Assembly: GCF_041146345.1 (NCBI RefSeq)
Contig: NW_027191404.1
Location: 1,054,001-1,118,000, forward strand
Reading direction: 5' to 3'
DNA length: 64,000 nt
From: Neodothiora populina
Lineage: Eukaryota
The position numbers and the translations under genes were made by a program. Below, one piece after another: positions 23,692 to 34,952 of this stretch (the stretch's first letter is position 1; each line of letters starts with the position of its first letter). Below the pieces are notes generated by a model that worked only from the letters and a program-made list of their open reading frames with translations, was not told the DNA's origin and ran no database searches.

Positions 23692-24923
23692 TTATCGAAC
23701 AGAACACTTCTCAAGTGGATCATCGTAACCACGCATGCCTTCGGTACTGAACAACACAAGCACTCCATCTGGACCTTGCCCAATGAGACTACTCTCATGT
23801 AATCTCCTTGCAGCAGCCAATGTCGCACCACCACATGGACCCGCATTGATACCGTTACTGTTCAGATATTGCAGGTTCTGATGCGCTTCCACGTCAGAGA
23901 CCGCGATGGAGGCATACACGCCATCCTTGAGGACTGGCCATGCTAGCATCGAAAGAGTACCACAATTTAGTGGGGGTAGGATAGTCTGACCCGTCTCAAG
24001 AGGAATCGATCTATCGTGATGCAGACTCTCCAACAGACAGGGTGCCGCCTCTGACTCGACGGTAATATTGTGGATGTTGGGATCTTTCGCTGTATAATGT
24101 GCTATTACAGCTTGGGCAACAGAGCCAACACCAACTGGGACTACACAAGTAGAGGGAGTGCGGCGACACGATTGGTATACTTGATGGTCAGCCTCAGAAA
24201 GCATGGTACAGTAGCCTTCAACAACCCACTGTATAGTGTGAGTATACCTGGTGAATTTGCTCGAGGAGATGTACAGACCTTAGGAACTGTCTCGAAACCC
24301 TCCCAGCTTGTATCAAAGACAAGCAGAGCTCCGGCATCATCGCCCCGTCTCACAGCAGCTTCAATACTGTCATCGTAGCTCCCGTTGACTGCAATGACTT
24401 CTGCACCTTCATCACTCATCTTCGTTCTACTAGCATCGCTCACACCATTGGGAACGAATACTATTGCTCTGATGCCAAGATACGTGGCCATCCGCGCCAC
24501 TGCTCTGCCCCAATTTCCACATGAGCAGGTAATCAGAACCAAAGAGTGCCTCTTCGCAGCATCGCCAGCATCGACCATTGACACATCGGGAGGCAGTCCG
24601 GTTTTTTCACACACGGTGCGATAGATAGCCCAAGACGCACCAAGAATCTTGAAGCTGGGCAGACCAAATCGAGCCGACTCGTCTTTGACAAAAACATGAG
24701 CCACTCCTAGCTCACCGGCCAGCTCAGGCAGGCTGCGGAGAGGTGTCGGAGCATAATGTGGTAGTGTTTTATGGAAAGCCTCCACGGCTGGATCAGTTGG
24801 CACGAGCGACGAAATGGACTTGCGGTGAGGGTTCACGAAGACGTGGTTCCGATGATAAACACATTTCGTGTCAAGGTGCGTGACCGCAAACTCATCATGC
24901 GACTGTTCAGGAGATACAAGCAT
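23692..24923 (-). CDS. Diaminopropionate ammonia-lyase-like fold-type II PLP enzyme
   Basis: YAPTPL, VKDESARFGLPSFKILGASWA (PLP Lys), DTSWEGF, VPVGVGS and STEG. Intron 24229-24278. Confidence 0.88.
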
Positions 24924-25972
24924 GGTTACTAGCAGGATGCGAAAACAATCTGAGTGATTCGGTAGGTCAAGAGAGACTCGCCGTCGAGATCTTCAGTGTG
25001 GAGATCTCTATATACCACCATATTATATGGGAGAACCTGATCATTCGATCCACAGCTAGTCTTAGATGTCGTTGACGCCTTACCGCACCGCACAAGTGCT
25101 GTACTCGACTGTCTGGGCAAACCGGGGTACAGTACTACTCGGCCGAGGTCCCTTATCGGGACGGTGCTGCTGCTATCTACAAGAAAGGTAGGTGTGTGCC
25201 TACCTGCCTTGTGCAAGTGTGCAAGCACATGGTGATGTCAAGATTCGACTTGGCCAAGAATATGGTACGTACTGCAGATGATCGCAAAAGATTGCCTTTG
25301 TTCATCGTGCATGAGCGCTGGCTGCTGAGGATAGTTGTGCAAGTTGAACCAATATCGTGTCAAGACCTGAGAGATGCTGGTCGCGCCCGTCTTTACAATT
25401 CAAGATTGCTTTCGGATTCGTTCTGCAGTACAGAAAGAGTCAAGCAAGGCCAGGTACGTACTCGACATGCGTGTACAGCAATGTTCTACAGTATCCACAG
25501 ACCGAGAGCCCATTGGCTGCGAAGGGGAGGAAATGGCTTCACATTTGCTAGAAGAACTGGATCAAAGCTTGTTTCGCGGCGGCGTCGATCCATGCGGTTC
25601 CGGCAATCCGCACCCCTGAGAAGGGTCGTGTGCGCGGAGCACACGGTGCACCGCAGCCAGATCGTTAGGTGTCAGACGGTACTGTGTAGACGGTCAGAGA
25701 TGCTAATTAAGGTGGATGGATTCCGTGGGTTGGAAAGTCGTAGTCGATAACATCATAACAATTGTGCATCTCCGTCCCTTCCAGCCCATCCCACCGTCAT
25801 TGTGCTAGCACCCATTATACCCATTATTCACTCTCTCTAATTTCTTATCTATCAAACTCCCAACGTCTGTGTCACTCTCTCTGCAGATCCATGGTGGGAA
25901 AAAACAACAACCTGTCCACATACCCCTTACCATGAGTAAGCAACAGTAAGCGAACAAGACACTGCCATTACC

Positions 25973-27649
25973 ATGGAGAACGAGGACTCGGCCAAGAGAC
26001 ACGCCCGGCGAAGGAGCTCCTCACTCGTCCACAACGGCGTCCGGGACGGACATAGCAGCAGCAGAAAAACGTCGAGCCCCAATCTGCCCTCGGACATTCC
26101 TGAGGCTGGAGACGTCCCGGAGCATCACATCAAAGACACGGACAGCTACACACAGTCCAGCTCCGACTGGGAAATGGATGACATGCGCTCTGATGAGGGC
26201 TTGCAAGACGACGAGGAGACGGGTCTGACACAACAAGAGCGGTCGAAACGAAAAAGACGGAAAAGGAGGAACACGATGATGGAGGAACGCATAGCGCAGG
26301 ACGATAGTATGGCAAAAGAGGAGAGAAGACTGGCAAACGCCAGCATGCTGCGCGATTCGCTGATCAATGCCATTCTCATCGGGATGTGGTATACCTTTTC
26401 CATCTCGATATCAGTGGTGGGTGCTGCCGACGTCTATGACGACCAGAGGAGAGGACACATTGCTAACGGTCTACAGTACAACAAGTGGATGTTTTCAGAG
26501 GGCAATCTTGATTTCCACTTTCCCCTGTTCACCACCTGCGTGCACATGATGGTGCAATTCACACTCGCCTCCACTGTGCTGTTGTTGATACCCTCCCTCC
26601 GACCGAAGCATTCGCCTGCAGAGTATTCTCCGGTCCCTCAACATGGCGATGGCAGTAGCCCCGACACCCCGAGACGACCGCTCATGACGGTGTGGTTCTA
26701 CATGACGCGCATCTCTCCATGCGGTGCGGCCACGGGTCTGGATATCGGGCTTGGAAACATGTCGCTGAAGTTCATTTCACTCACTTTCTATACCATGTGC
26801 AAGAGCTCGGTGCTCGCATACGTTTTGCTTTTTGCCTTTATCTTCCGATTGGAAAAGCCGTCATGGAGACTCGGCGGGATTATCCTCCTCATGATAGGCG
26901 GAGTTGTGATGATGGTCTTCGGAGAAGCTGCATTCAGCGCGTTAGGCTTCATCCTGATCATGAGCTCCGCCTTCTTCTCCGGCTTCAGATGGAGCTTGAC
27001 GCAGATACTGCTTTTGAGAAATCCGGCAACGAGCAATCCTTTTTCGACTCTGTTTTTCCTGACTCCAGTCATGTTCCTCGCTTTACTGGTTATCGCGCTG
27101 CCGGTAGAAGGCATCCCAGACTTGATCGAAGGCTTTTATGCACTCACAGAGGCCCGAGGGTTTTGGGGTGGGATTGCCATTATCTTCTTCCCAGGTCTAC
27201 TGGCTTTCCTGATGACGGCTTCCGAGTTTGCTCTGCTGAAGCGGACCAGCGTCGTGACACTGAGCGTGTGTGGAATATTCAAAGAAGTTCTCACCATCTC
27301 GGTTGCGAGTATCGTGTTCAAGGACAAGCTGACGCCGGTCAACATTTCCGGTCTCCTGGTCACCATCTCGAGCATTGCAGCGTACAACTACATCAAATTC
27401 ACCCGGATGCGCGAGACGGCGCAGAGAGAGGCACATGCACAAGTGCTACAGGCGGAGCCAATGTTGCATACCGAGGAGCCAGAAGGCAGGGCGTCGATTG
27501 CCGAGGCGAGGCGAGGCCACGGACGATCAGCAAGCAGCACAATGGGCATGATCAGGAACAGCCTCCACATTCCGGTCAGTGCGATGGGAGAGGCTCCCAA
27601 GAACGGCGAGAGGATCAGTCCGGTCAAGCGACCTGAGGACCTGGAGTAG
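25973..27649 (+). CDS. TPT/SLC35C2-like nucleotide-sugar transporter (Ymd8-like)
   Basis: WYTFSISISV|YNKWMF, ATGLDIGLGNMSL, FYTMCKSS, SGFRWSLTQILL, LSVCGIFKEV; about 10 TM helices. Probable 60-nt intron at 26417-26476. Confidence 0.9.
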   Translation: MENEDSAKRHARRRSSSLVHNGVRDGHSSSRKTSSPNLPSDIPEAGDVPEHHIKDTDSYTQSSSDWEMDDMRSDEGLQDDEETGLTQQERSKRKRRKRRNTMMEERIAQDDSMAKEERRLANASMLRDSLINAILIGMWYTFSISISVVGAADVYDDQRRGHIANGLQYNKWMFSEGNLDFHFPLFTTCVHMMVQFTLASTVLLLIPSLRPKHSPAEYSPVPQHGDGSSPDTPRRPLMTVWFYMTRISPCGAATGLDIGLGNMSLKFISLTFYTMCKSSVLAYVLLFAFIFRLEKPSWRLGGIILLMIGGVVMMVFGEAAFSALGFILIMSSAFFSGFRWSLTQILLLRNPATSNPFSTLFFLTPVMFLALLVIALPVEGIPDLIEGFYALTEARGFWGGIAIIFFPGLLAFLMTASEFALLKRTSVVTLSVCGIFKEVLTISVASIVFKDKLTPVNISGLLVTISSIAAYNYIKFTRMRETAQREAHAQVLQAEPMLHTEEPEGRASIAEARRGHGRSASSTMGMIRNSLHIPVSAMGEAPKNGERISPVKRPEDLE

Positions 27650-28558
27650 TGTTCTGACATGCCTTCGGCCATCTGTTTTCTTTTTCTTACCATGCAGTGT
27701 TACTTAGCGGCTGCATAAAGGATTGGACGAGCACACACACACACACGAGGATCGTGCTCGGTCTGTGAAAATTTCTTTTGTTTGGAGATGGAAGAAGAAT
27801 CCGCTTCGTACATGGGTGACCAATACCATTTCATATCTGAGCATGCCTACCTCGGGTATTGTGTATATACAGTATAGAGTAATGGTATACCTGCCCCCAC
27901 ACTCTTGTGCAACCAAAGCCTCTGTCCCAGGACACTCAGCTGTCTTCGCTTTGTATGCTACAGATGCCTTTGACCTGATCAATGCGACGAGCATACCTTG
28001 TTCTCGACGGCATAGAAAAGAGTACCCTCTGCTATCTACCAATGAAAGGATACCTTAATGCAGAAACATACAGTACCTTGTTCTTTGTACCTTAGGTAGC
28101 AATGGGAATCGAGCTAACGCGAGCCGGCGAAGCCAAGACTTCCGGTAGTGTAGGCGTCCTATAAGGTCAGGTAGGAGGCAAGTACCTTACCCCAGGTAAG
28201 ATTAACTTGGAAGTCACAGTTACTGGACGATACATCATCTCTGCACAACCTTTGGCAGCAAACACTGGACTTTTGCATACATTCTTTGCCAACCCCCAAG
28301 CACACCATTCACTTGACACACCACAGATACTTTCCCCACACTATCGTCGCCACTACATCCTTGGGATACTTTTCGAGACAGCTGACAAAGCTCTCTGGCG
28401 TCGCAAAGTCAACTCGATCAGCAACTTCTTTCGCCGCCTGCATCACTTGCTAAAACACTAGCTATCGTCTCTCTACAAGACAACCCATCTCGACCCAACA
28501 GGAGCAAGAGCAGGATCAGCGACACGGGTACGAGTAACTGCAAAGGGCTCTAGCCACC

Positions 28559-30346
28559 ATGTCGGTCGAGGTGCAGTCAGGAACACCGCTCGCCGAGGCG
28601 CTGCAAAATGTTGTTGGACCCAAGCTGGCAGAGGCAGGATGGACTTCGGGCGCAGTCGACGACAACTCACTCACCGAATACATCATTCTGATGCTGGTCA
28701 ACGGCAAAACACAAGAACAAATAGCGTCTGAGCTCGCTGCCGACCTCTTGGGACTACCGCCGGATGAGCCCAGCACTCACGAGTTTGCGCGATGGCTGTT
28801 CGAGCAAGTCCACGTATTGGGCGCACAACTGAACCGTGGCTCCGCACCACAAGCTCAGCAACAGCCTTCTCAGATGAGCGTGCTGCAATCGGCGGGCGCG
28901 AATATGGATGTTGCACCTTCACAAGACACTGCCATGGCCGAAGGGAACGATGCATCGCCGGAGGGTTCAGTGTATGCATAAAGAGCGTAACCGGCTGCGG
29001 TGGCGATTTGCTGACAATTTACAGACCTACTGGACCTAAATCTATGAGAAACGGCAATGCAGTGGGCAACCAAAGAGGAGGTGGACGGAGGATGCTCGGC
29101 CAGCTGAACAGAGCCATGGACCGGAAAACCTCAGACGCGACCCTCCATCGCATACGCAGCGCTGCTGGTGGTGTGGGCAGAATCAACACACATGGCAGCA
29201 GAGAGCCTCCGAAAGGTCCCCGTAGTATGGGTGGCCGTATGGCAAATGCCATGGGCAGTAGACCGGGCATGAGTCCTATGGGCGCCATGGGTGCTATGCC
29301 TGGTATGAACCCTGGCATGGCTCAGAACATGATGAACGCCGATCCGCAGCAGCAAATGCAATTGCTCAAACTGCTAGAAGAGCAATCTCGTATGATGGCT
29401 CAGATCCTGGGTCCTCAGGCACAGCAGATGGGCAACGCGCCCGCAATCAACCCTGCATTCTTCCCGCAACCTCAGCAGCAACAGCAAGGCAAATCATTAT
29501 TTGACCGCGTGGATCGCAAGGGACCACGACAAAACAACAGCTTTGGCAATAACCGAGCGAATCGCAATGCGTCTGACGCCATGGACACCGATACAGCACC
29601 GGCAGACGGCGAGGCCAGCGGCGAGCGCAAGGATCCCTCCGAGGTGCCGTGCCGCTTCCAGCTTTCCTGCACAAACCCCACTTGCCACTTTGGTCATCAG
29701 TCTCCTGCTGCACCGCCGGGCATCACACTGGATCTGTCTGATAAGTGCTCGTACGGTGCCGCATGCAAAAACAACAAGTGCGCTGCCTCGCATCCAAGCC
29801 CTGCGCAGAAGCGCCAACACCTGGCGACGACGGTGGACTGCAAGTTCTACCCCAATTGTAAGCTTCATCTTCTATCCTGCCTTATCGTCTTCTAGCTTCT
29901 ACCTCCCTCTAACACAAAATACAGGCACGAATCCAAACTGTCCCTTCAAGCATCCAGACAATCCGCCTTGCCGGAACGGTGCCGATTGTCCCGAGCGCGA
30001 CTCTGGATGTACCTACTCTCACAGTGACATTGTGTGTCGCTACGACCCTTGCCTGAATCCGAAGTGCCCTTACCGCCACGCTGATGGTCAAAAACGTGGC
30101 AACTTCAATGACAAGGTGTGGACACGCGAGGGATTCAATCGCGAAGGCGCGGAGCAGGGACACCACGTCTCCGAGAGACAATTTGTCGCCGACGACGTCG
30201 AGGAGGAGCTCATCTTGCCTGGACGAGGTGATGGCCAGAACACCGGAGGCATGGATGTAGAAGGCGAAACTGGTGAGAACCACTCCTCGGCCACAGAAGG
30301 CAGGGCTAGCCCAGAAAGTCTGGAGCAATCAGCCATCGTGACATGA
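28559..30346 (+). CDS. NAB2: Nab2/ZC3H14-like nuclear poly(A) RNA-binding protein
   Basis: N-terminal PWI-like domain (LTEYIILMLVNGKT), PTGP/PKGP motifs, KSLFDRV and five CCCH fingers. Introns at 28972-29024 and about 29858-29923. Confidence 0.88.
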
Positions 30347-32105
30347 AAAAGCGCTCGTGCTTGAAGGCATATATGATCGTCACAGGGGAAAGGGACAGGG
30401 CAAGGCGTGGTAATTCCATGCGCTGGTGCAAGAATAAAGGTTTAGAAGTCTACGAAGGGGCTACTGTGGACACTTTTGGTGTCGTCCACTTGCTTGAGCC
30501 TTATATGTCATGAAATTAGGATTTCCTCGCGGTGCTTTACACAGTAAACTTATATACCAAAGAATTGATGATGGAGCTTCCTTCGCCCATAGAATATCAG
30601 AGAGCTAAACTTGACCAATGTTCAGAGAACACATGAAATAGAAAATGATGCACTTCGAGATCAACCTTGTCTTCTCCCTCGGTCATCCTTATCATCTCCA
30701 ATCCACGGGTATGAACTATCCTATAGATACTCAATCATCGCATGTCATCACGGCACTTGACAGCAAATAAACCCTATAATCACCATAGCGTGTTTGAATA
30801 CAATCAATGATGACCAAGAAAAACCTGCATAGGGGGGACAATCCTTCCCCTGCAGATTTGAATGGCCGGTTCCTTGTCTTAAGCGATGTCGTGCAGCATT
30901 GGTACCACCAATCGCTATGCAATGCGTCTTGCATGCGGTTAAAAGCCCAACCTTCAAACGTCTCGATGTTGTCCCTTCTAAGAGCATACATTTTCTCGAA
31001 ATATTGTTTAGAGGACGCGACACAAGTGCCTATCTAGTAGAGAGCTAAAATGCAAAAATATGCTCTAACGCAGTCTCGCGATTCTGGTGATACAGGGCTG
31101 TCACACTGTGACAGTCCATGTATGCGGCGAGCCAACTTGCCATTCGCTGATAGGCAGTGGCTTTGAAGACCCGTTTGATGGACTACGACATCCCCGGAGG
31201 CTTAAACACAAGGAATGCAGGGTCCCCCCTCCTATCTCTATATTCTCCGCACTGTGGCGCTAATAGCGCGACATGATCTTCTTCCTCAACCTGGGAAGGA
31301 GACATTCAGATCCTCACGCAAGCATGATTATCAACCATTGATGCTCTAATGTGCTGCACTGGCGATCCCACCCCTCGTTGCCCCTCTACTTAGCAACTGT
31401 TCGTCCAATGGTTATGTTGAAAATACCTCGAGATGTATATGCGCTACGCAGACAGACGGAGTCTGCATCGAATGGTCCATCTCTGACCCGGTCGCGCCTT
31501 GTGATGCAGTCAATCATCCTTAGAACCTCAGGAGACTCACCTTCCTCAATCAGACTTCGACTGAGAGTATATTCTAGGTCATATTGTGTCTTGCTAGTAA
31601 TCGTAGGTCTGCATGTAGCGTTGGCAGTCTGTCTCTGACCAATTCCCATTCCGAAGGCAGCTATCGCGTGAAACAAATACTTTCCTTCCTTCTTGAAATC
31701 TACGTTTCGTGGCGGTGACCCACTTTGTGCACTACCGCTCGCTCTTTCCCTGTTTGTACCTTTGCGAGATATCACTCGTCGAACATGTGTGATTTCGTGT
31801 ATATATCACTTGCTAATCCCCCCTTGCCTCCCTTCTCTTGCTCACCCCGCTTACGACTTGGTTCCCTACTGCGTGCGAACGTACGATTTACGATTCAACG
31901 AGTGAACGAATTCGGCCGCTGCAGACACCTTGGCTACCTTTGGTAAGCCGTTCAGATCGATCACTTTCCTCCTCATCGGTCTGGGACTGCTTGGCCAGTT
32001 GAGATTGAAGCCTGGCATTTGCACGGCTGATAGTGTCTCCCTGGAACTGTTTCAGCGCCGGAGATTCAAATCCTTTTTTCTATCCAACACTGATCTTCGT
32101 CAGCC

Positions 32106-34371
32106 ATGTTATGGAGCAATTTGTTCATCGTGACCGTGGTGGGCTTTCTTGCTTCGTTCCACCTTGGATTGGCAGAAGCTGCAACCGCAGTTACAGGAGT
32201 CCAAGGCAATGGTGTCCAACTACGAATGGAGCTCAGGACTATGATGAGGCAGTACCCAGACATGTTCAACGTCTACTTATTAGGTCTTCGGGACTTTATG
32301 AGTGTTGATCAATCCGATCCGCTCTCTTACTATCAGATCGCTGGTTGGTCGATCTCATCATAAACCTGTTCAAGCAATCTGCTGACGAGATCAGGAATCC
32401 ATGGTCGACCCTACCTGCCATGGGACAACGTCGGTACCGCTCCTGGTGATGGCGGCGGTTACTGCACTCATGTATCGAATCTTTTCCTTCCGTGGCATAG
32501 ACCTTATCTAGCTCTTGTCGAGGTGATCGTCATTCTAAGCTTCTTGAGAAGTGCGTTAACTGATTAGATCCAGCAAACACTATACACTCACATTCTAGCT
32601 GCTGCAAATGCATTTCCGGAAGGTCCGACAAGAACCAAATACGTGACTGCAGCAGGCAATTGGCGCATGCCTTATTGGGACTGGGCCATGGAACCATGTT
32701 CGACCTGTAATGCTTACCCTACCGTGCTCACAGAGCAATACGTTAATCTGGACACGCCAACAGGAATGCAGTGGATCGAGAACCCCCTTTTCCGCTATGA
32801 TTTCGATCCCATTTCAGCGGATGACATGGTCTATGATCCGGTATGTTCCTTCGTGCCATACTTTCTGCCAGTCAAGAACTGACGAGCATAGTTTTCGGAA
32901 TGGACTGTCACAAAACGATTTCCGACCAATTGGACAAGTTCCGCACTCAGTCAAAACGACAAGGTCGCAGAGCAGATTGCGAACAACCAAGTGTCTGCCA
33001 GAGACCGCTTGTACAACCTATTTACGTCGTACAGCAATTTCTCCCAGTTTGGCAACGAAGCTTGGATCTCGAGCAGCACCACAAACGCAGATAGTCTTGA
33101 GTCTCTGCATGATGTTATCCACGCCATTACAGGGAATAACGGCCATATGACGTATCTGGACTATTCATCATTTGATCCTGTCTTCTGGCTCCATCATGTG
33201 TAGGTGCACATCTGCGCTATTGGGTCGTGGGAGAATGCTAATGCATCACAGTATGGTCGATAGGTGTTTCGCTATCTGGCAGGTCGTGTACCCCAACAGC
33301 TATGTGGAGCCCATGGCTGCTGTTGGTGGCACATTCACTTACACAGCCGGGACCATCAATGATGTGAATTCGCGTAAGTCAGACACTCATGTGCTTTGAG
33401 CGTGCAATACTGACGAGTCAGCCCTGCCTCCGTTCCACTCTGACACTAACGGTACCAATTGGACTCCGGCAAGTGTGGTCAACACAACCACATTCGGTTA
33501 CACCTATCCTGAACTCTCAAATGCCACACAATCGACTGTCAAGTCTGCTATCAACAGTCTGTACGGTAACACTGCTGGCAGTACTACTGTATCCAAGACC
33601 AAGCTGAAAAGTAGACTAATGAACAAGCGCGTCGTCGATAATGTAGACGCTGCAGCTACTGTTCAGGGAGGCGCAAGTAAAGACGGTTCGAGCTACCAGT
33701 ATATTGCGAATGTGGTTTCCCAGAAATTTGCAATGGGCTCGTCCTACGGAGTTTACATGTTCTTGGGCGATTACACAGAAACAAGCAGCGACTGGGGTAC
33801 AGATCCAAATCTGGTTGGCATTCATGGAATTTTTGCCAACCTCGCAAGACATGGTACGGCTGGGACGATTCGCCCTCGAGATATGACGGACCTCAAAGGT
33901 ACTGGATCAATTCCTTTGACGACGTCACTTATACACAAGGTGGTCACGGGAGAGCTTGCCAGTCTGAGTTCTGAGGATGTGGCACCGTACCTTGAGCAAC
34001 ACTTGAGTTGGCGGGTTGCATACTTCGATGGGACGGAGATACCCATTGAGAGTGTGCTCGATCTTTCGGTGTCTGTTGTACAGAGTCACGTTCAGCCGGC
34101 TACATCACATTCTGCTTTTCCTGTGTGGGGTCCATTCGTTTCACTTGCGAATGTGACAGCCAGCAAACCTGGCGGGCACAAGGGCCGATACTGGGACAGT
34201 CCTGAGGATGGAACATCGTATGGGTATGATCGCGGACGTGCTGATAGCGGGATGTCTTGGGGCGTCACGTCGACCATTACGTCTACGATATTTCTGCCCT
34301 TAGCTTCTTGTAGCTTGCCCTGTCGAGGCACAAACGTGTCCGCAGCAGATGCCCATGCCACATCTTTCTGA
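32106..34371 (+). CDS. Secreted pro-tyrosinase (type-3 dicopper)
   Basis: Signal peptide; Cu[24 protein letters not shown]; Cu[10 protein letters not shown] and [18 protein letters not shown]-terminal domain. Five short introns. Confidence 0.93.
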
Positions 34372-34952
34372 GGGGGTTCGTTTGCGTATTGGCTCTTATG
34401 GGTTTCCATTATTGGTTGTCTAGTTTTGGGTGACGGCGTTGGGGGAAAGGGAACAAAAGACGGTGTTTTAGGATGGCATCTCAGGGGGAGTTTTGGAGGA
34501 AGCTTTGTTAGGCTGCATCGAGCTGTTGTTTCCATCAGACATCGGAGGTCTTTCATATACATAGACTACTGAATGCATGCATGTGCAGCTCGGCTAGCTG
34601 ATTTTGCCAGGCTTTTGGTTCTGCAAGTGCAAGAGAAGCAGAAATCATGGGGGGGGGGGTGGACTTTGTTGAGAGCAGTATGGCTCACAATGTACCAAAC
34701 ATATCTCTCCATTCGCACTTCTACTCTTAGATTGTCATGTCTAAACGGAAAGAAACAGAATGTCTGGCATCCAATCAGTAAGAATACGCCAAAGTACTAA
34801 AACACTTCAAAAGTACCAAAGAAATAAATATAGGTACTAAAGATACTCGAGACAAGTCTCGGAAAGCCCATAGAATAAAGCTACTGATAGTAAGTCTACT
34901 TCTCCCTCCTTCTTCTTCTTGTTTTTCCTCTGTCACACAAAAAACAAGCAGT

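Noticed and set aside
23500..23692. C-terminal M20 peptidase fusion on the DAPAL-like gene
   Set aside because: The ORF stops at 23692 and the downstream sequence shows no M20 motifs.
26692..27636. 314-aa alternate-frame ORF and many other overlapping or antisense ORFs in the track
   Set aside because: Shadows of GC-rich real genes with no recognisable motifs, and many begin at non-ATG codons.
30347..30700. Yeast-type poly(A) autoregulatory tract downstream of NAB2
   Set aside because: No long A run is present.
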